Below, one piece after another: positions 60,512 through 64,000 of a stretch of 64,000 bases of DNA. The notes under the pieces were generated by a model. That model searched no databases and was not told the DNA's origin. It saw only the letters and a program-made list of their open reading frames with translations. How positions within the stretch are numbered: the first letter of the stretch is position 1; every line of letters begins with the position of its first letter. The stretch lies in NCBI RefSeq assembly GCF_037042905.1, contig NC_087246.1, forward strand, positions 8,062,001 to 8,126,000, read 5' to 3'. This DNA comes from Lytechinus pictus. Its lineage: Eukaryota. A program made the position numbers and the translations under genes.

Positions 60512-61025
60512 AGGGCCCAAAATTCAAGTTTTCGAGCGCTCTGGTGAATACAAACATTACTCCCAAGTTACTAATGAAAAATGAATTGCGACTGTATGGA
60601 AATTAGTAATTTTAGTCACAAAGTGATATTTTAATGATTAAAAAAATTTTGTGCTGTGTGCAGAATTGGCATAGCGTAGTACCTGTAGATTCCTCACAGG
60701 CAAGATGTTAATGAACCCTTGTGTGGTGTAGCATTATACCCAATTTTAAAGAACTAAAATATACGTCTTTATCTTGCTTCACTACACCACCTCCATAGAC
60801 TGATGTCACTCTTCCACTTTGTACAGGGAACTAATACAAATTTAACCATTTATTTTTACAGTTGAAACCATTTTTTAAAACCAAATATTGGTTTTAGTAT
60901 GATTGAAGCTTGAAAAAATCTAATAATCAACTACCTTGGTGCAATTTCCAAATAAGAATCAATACTCTTTGTTTTAGGTGTCGGAATAACCCAGTCTTTC
61001 TTTTGTACACTGTATCCCTATATAG

Positions 61026-61107
61026 CTGAACCAGTTATTGAAAAAGGATTAGCAGGAGCACCAGAGGATGCAGTCTTTATTAAATGCTCTGTAGGAGACC
61101 GAACAAG
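61026..61107 (+). CDS. TXNDC17: TXNDC17 exon 2 (AEPVIEKGLAGAPEDAVFIKCSVGDRT)
   Basis: tatag| ... AG|gtaat, 82 nt, phase-compatible; AEPV and VGDR motifs. Confidence 0.93.
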
Positions 61108-62226
61108 GTAATCAGTAGAACATCCCAACACTCCCACAAAAAAATCAAGAAAATCCCACTATAATGACAAGTTGTCCTGAAAGAGTGTCATTGTGCTGCC
61201 TTGAGGGTCATTGTGCAACTTGAGTGTCATCGACAGATATGTGCGCTGTACAAATCTTTAATTATTATTGTTATTATTATTTAGAAGTTGAAGAAATCAG
61301 AGATACAGGTTGGTGAAAGTTGTAACATGCAATTGAAGAATATGATTATTAAGAATGTTTATATACTTTAATTCTAATTTAGCCAAATAGGCATTGTCAT
61401 TCTGAATACATGCAGGTATTTATCCCACACTTGTTCAACCTCACAAAATGAGGAAAACATCATTGGTCAAAATGTTTTTAACCAAATTCTCTTGCCCTAT
61501 CAACACCTTAAAATGTTTTGAATACTTACTAACCTGCTGATGCAAAAGTACTACAAAAAATATTTTGAAATTCAATCTAAAAGCAGAAAATTAGGTTTTG
61601 TTTGAATCCACCAAAGAATATACATAAGATAGATTTATAGATTGTTAAAGTTTTGATATATTGTGACATCACTTGCAAAGCCCCCATTTGTTATGTATTA
61701 CTATTACCATGAAAAAATACTAAGAAAGTTCAAAATGGTTTTACCACTGGTGCTTTCAGACCCAGGCCTTGATAGCATATGAACTAAGAACAGTAATGCT
61801 GGATAGAGAGGTCTGGAGGCAGTCTTCATTGAACCCAAGATGGCATTGGCTTTAAAGCCAATCCATGCCTTTAAATTAGTAGCAGCATTCAATATACTTT
61901 ATGCATGCTCATAAGGGAAGCTATTCTTAGTCATGAACCATTTATAAATGGAAATTTATGTGATGTCACAAAATCATCACCCTCCGATATAAAATTTAAA
62001 TTGACAGAATCAGAAGATGAAGAGATGATTACCGTACTATATTGTAAGATTGGAATGTTTTAATTCACACTATTTAACTTTAATTAAAGCTTTAGAGAAG
62101 CTTTGATTCCTATTTATAATAAGCTTGTTATTTCATTAAAAAAAAGTATTTAAATCATTAATTTTCCTGTATTTATTATATTTTGTATTATTTATAAACA
62201 AATATTATTTTGTTCTGTTAATACAG

Positions 62227-62308
62227 CTGGAAGGACCCTAACAATGAGTTTCGCGTGAATGAGAAACTACGATTAAAAGGTGTTCCAACACTACTGCAAA
62301 TGAACTCA
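62227..62308 (+). CDS. TXNDC17: TXNDC17 exon 3 (WKDPNNEFR...LKGVPTLL); gene incomplete in window
   Basis: tacag| ... TCA|gtaagt; WKDPNNxFR and VPTL motifs; no final exon found before 64000. Confidence 0.93.
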
Positions 62309-62384
62309 GTAAGTATAAATTTTGACAAATCTGACTTCTTGTGAACTCTCAATAATGTTATGTCTTTGGTATTCATCATTACTG

Positions 62385-62745
62385 CAACTTGTAATTTGTC
62401 CCAATGACCCTGGTTTAGACACCAAACTCAAATCTCCCAGGCATATATTAAATGAACTCTGTCCATTTGTAAGTAATAGCAGCCATTTTAGACTCCATTT
62501 TTTGAAGCCATCTTTGACTTTTGGACATACTGGACCACTGACTGTCCTTGTAATTTGTCCCAATGTTTTATTTGACCCTTAAAACTATTGTTCAGACATT
62601 AAAATCCTATCTCCCAAGCGGATACAAAATGAACCATGCCCATTTAAGTATCAGTAGCCTTTTTCGAAGTCATCTTTGATTTTTGGACAAACTGGACCAC
62701 TCACTGTCCTCGTAACTTGTCCCAGTGTACAACTTGACCCTCAAA
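62385..62745. repeat. Degenerate ~160-bp tandem repeat (2-2.5 units)
   Basis: cttgtaatttgtcccaatg-type motif at ~62388, 62547, 62710; catctttga..tttggaca..ctggaccact repeated. Confidence 0.65.
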
Positions 62746-64000
62746 AGTCAAAACCATTGAATAGAAACCAAATTAAAGACATTAACGTAATTAATAGATG
62801 AATTGTGAATATTTAGGCTACAGCATCCATTTTGGATGCCATCTTGGATTCCCAGGTATACTCTAGAATGCTTATATTCACTCTTACCTGTATCAACAGA
62901 TTTTTTACCCCCAAACCATGGAATATGCAATAGGATGTCTAGGGTGGATAATGAGTCAGTTATGTACATTTTCAGTGAATGATGGCCATCTTGGACGCCA
63001 TATTTCCCAGGGATTTCGGTAGATTTTTAGTATGTTATTCCTGACGTCAAATAGTATGAAAAACCATTGAAAAATATTTTGTTGCAATTTTTTTGGCTTA
63101 GGTGTATTTTTGATAGTATATTGACTATTTTTTAAATAACCTTCAGATTATCTATCTGATTTTTTTTCAAAACAAACAATAGTTTGTTGTCAAATTGAAT
63201 AAGTAAAAGAAAAGAGATATATCCCATTTATATCTTGTTTTTGTGTTGTTGAGATTGTCCTATAAAGAGATGCGTATATATGTTTGACAGATTTTTGGAG
63301 GTTGAATATAAACCCCCTTGGAATTAATGAAGTTCCATGTGAGTTTTAATTCAAAATTATATTTTATTCAAAAACAAGAAATTTGAAAATTTCCACTTAC
63401 GTCATCTAGGTGGCAAAATATCATATTGCATGTTTTATTGATAATGTTACCCCTCCCTGGGTGGGATGGGCGTTAAACTGTAATACTGTAAATAATAATG
63501 AAGAGAGAAACAATTGTCAGTCACATGTAGTTTGTATGGGCATCAACAAGGTAATGATCATACGTTTATTAAAAAGAATGTCACAAGAACCATGTCAAAT
63601 AACAATCAATATCAAGGAAATACATTATCTATCAAACTAATTTCTCAACTTATGATTATATTTACTTGTTCTTTAACATACTTAGATAATAACGAATGTA
63701 ACTACTAATCAATACAACTAAACGTCTAACATTCAGTCTAAATTACATGTTAGAATATCTCCTAATTCTTATTAATAATCTCTAATTCTAATAACCAAAC
63801 ATTAAAGAAATAAAGTCTGAACTACTAGACTAAATGATAAGAGAACGCATGGCCAATGGATACAGGGGAATACATCCTAAAGCCTCAGATCTAAACTGTT
63901 AAGATGGTCCCTGATTCTTATGGAACTTTTACGTACAAGTCGAGAACTTTCTTTGTTCTGACATCCAAAAAGAATCCCTTGCCATTTCTGAGGTGATCCC

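Overview
AT-rich, intron-rich animal genomic DNA. The SINE and MITE families suggest an echinoderm, probably a sea urchin (inference only). Most of the window is one minus-strand gene of the Munc13-4/BAIAP3 family (C2A - MUN/MHD1-MHD2 - C2B). I rebuilt it by hand as 27 phase-compatible GT-AG coding exons from 53806 down to a TGA at 2540 (4950 nt, 1649 aa). There is also a candidate short alternative first coding exon at 35203-35235. Head-to-head with it, TXNDC17 (TRP14, WCPDC motif) starts at 57110 on the plus strand; three exons are visible and the last was not found in the window. Introns hold many non-autonomous elements: piggyBac-, Kolobok-, hAT-, Harbinger- and Tc1-type MITEs, Helentron-like tandem-repeat elements, and tRNA-derived SINEs. 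Most notable: (1) a ~170-bp SINE-like element at 32440-32610 whose head matches the 7SL/Alu domain, unexpected in an invertebrate; (2) a 105-bp hairpin-bearing minisatellite that seems to have grown from the gene's own stop-codon region; (3) a degenerate C2B Ca2+ site and a long insertion in C2A; (4) concerted compensatory changes between two Helentron-like copies. No database searches were run; family names rest on motif recall.
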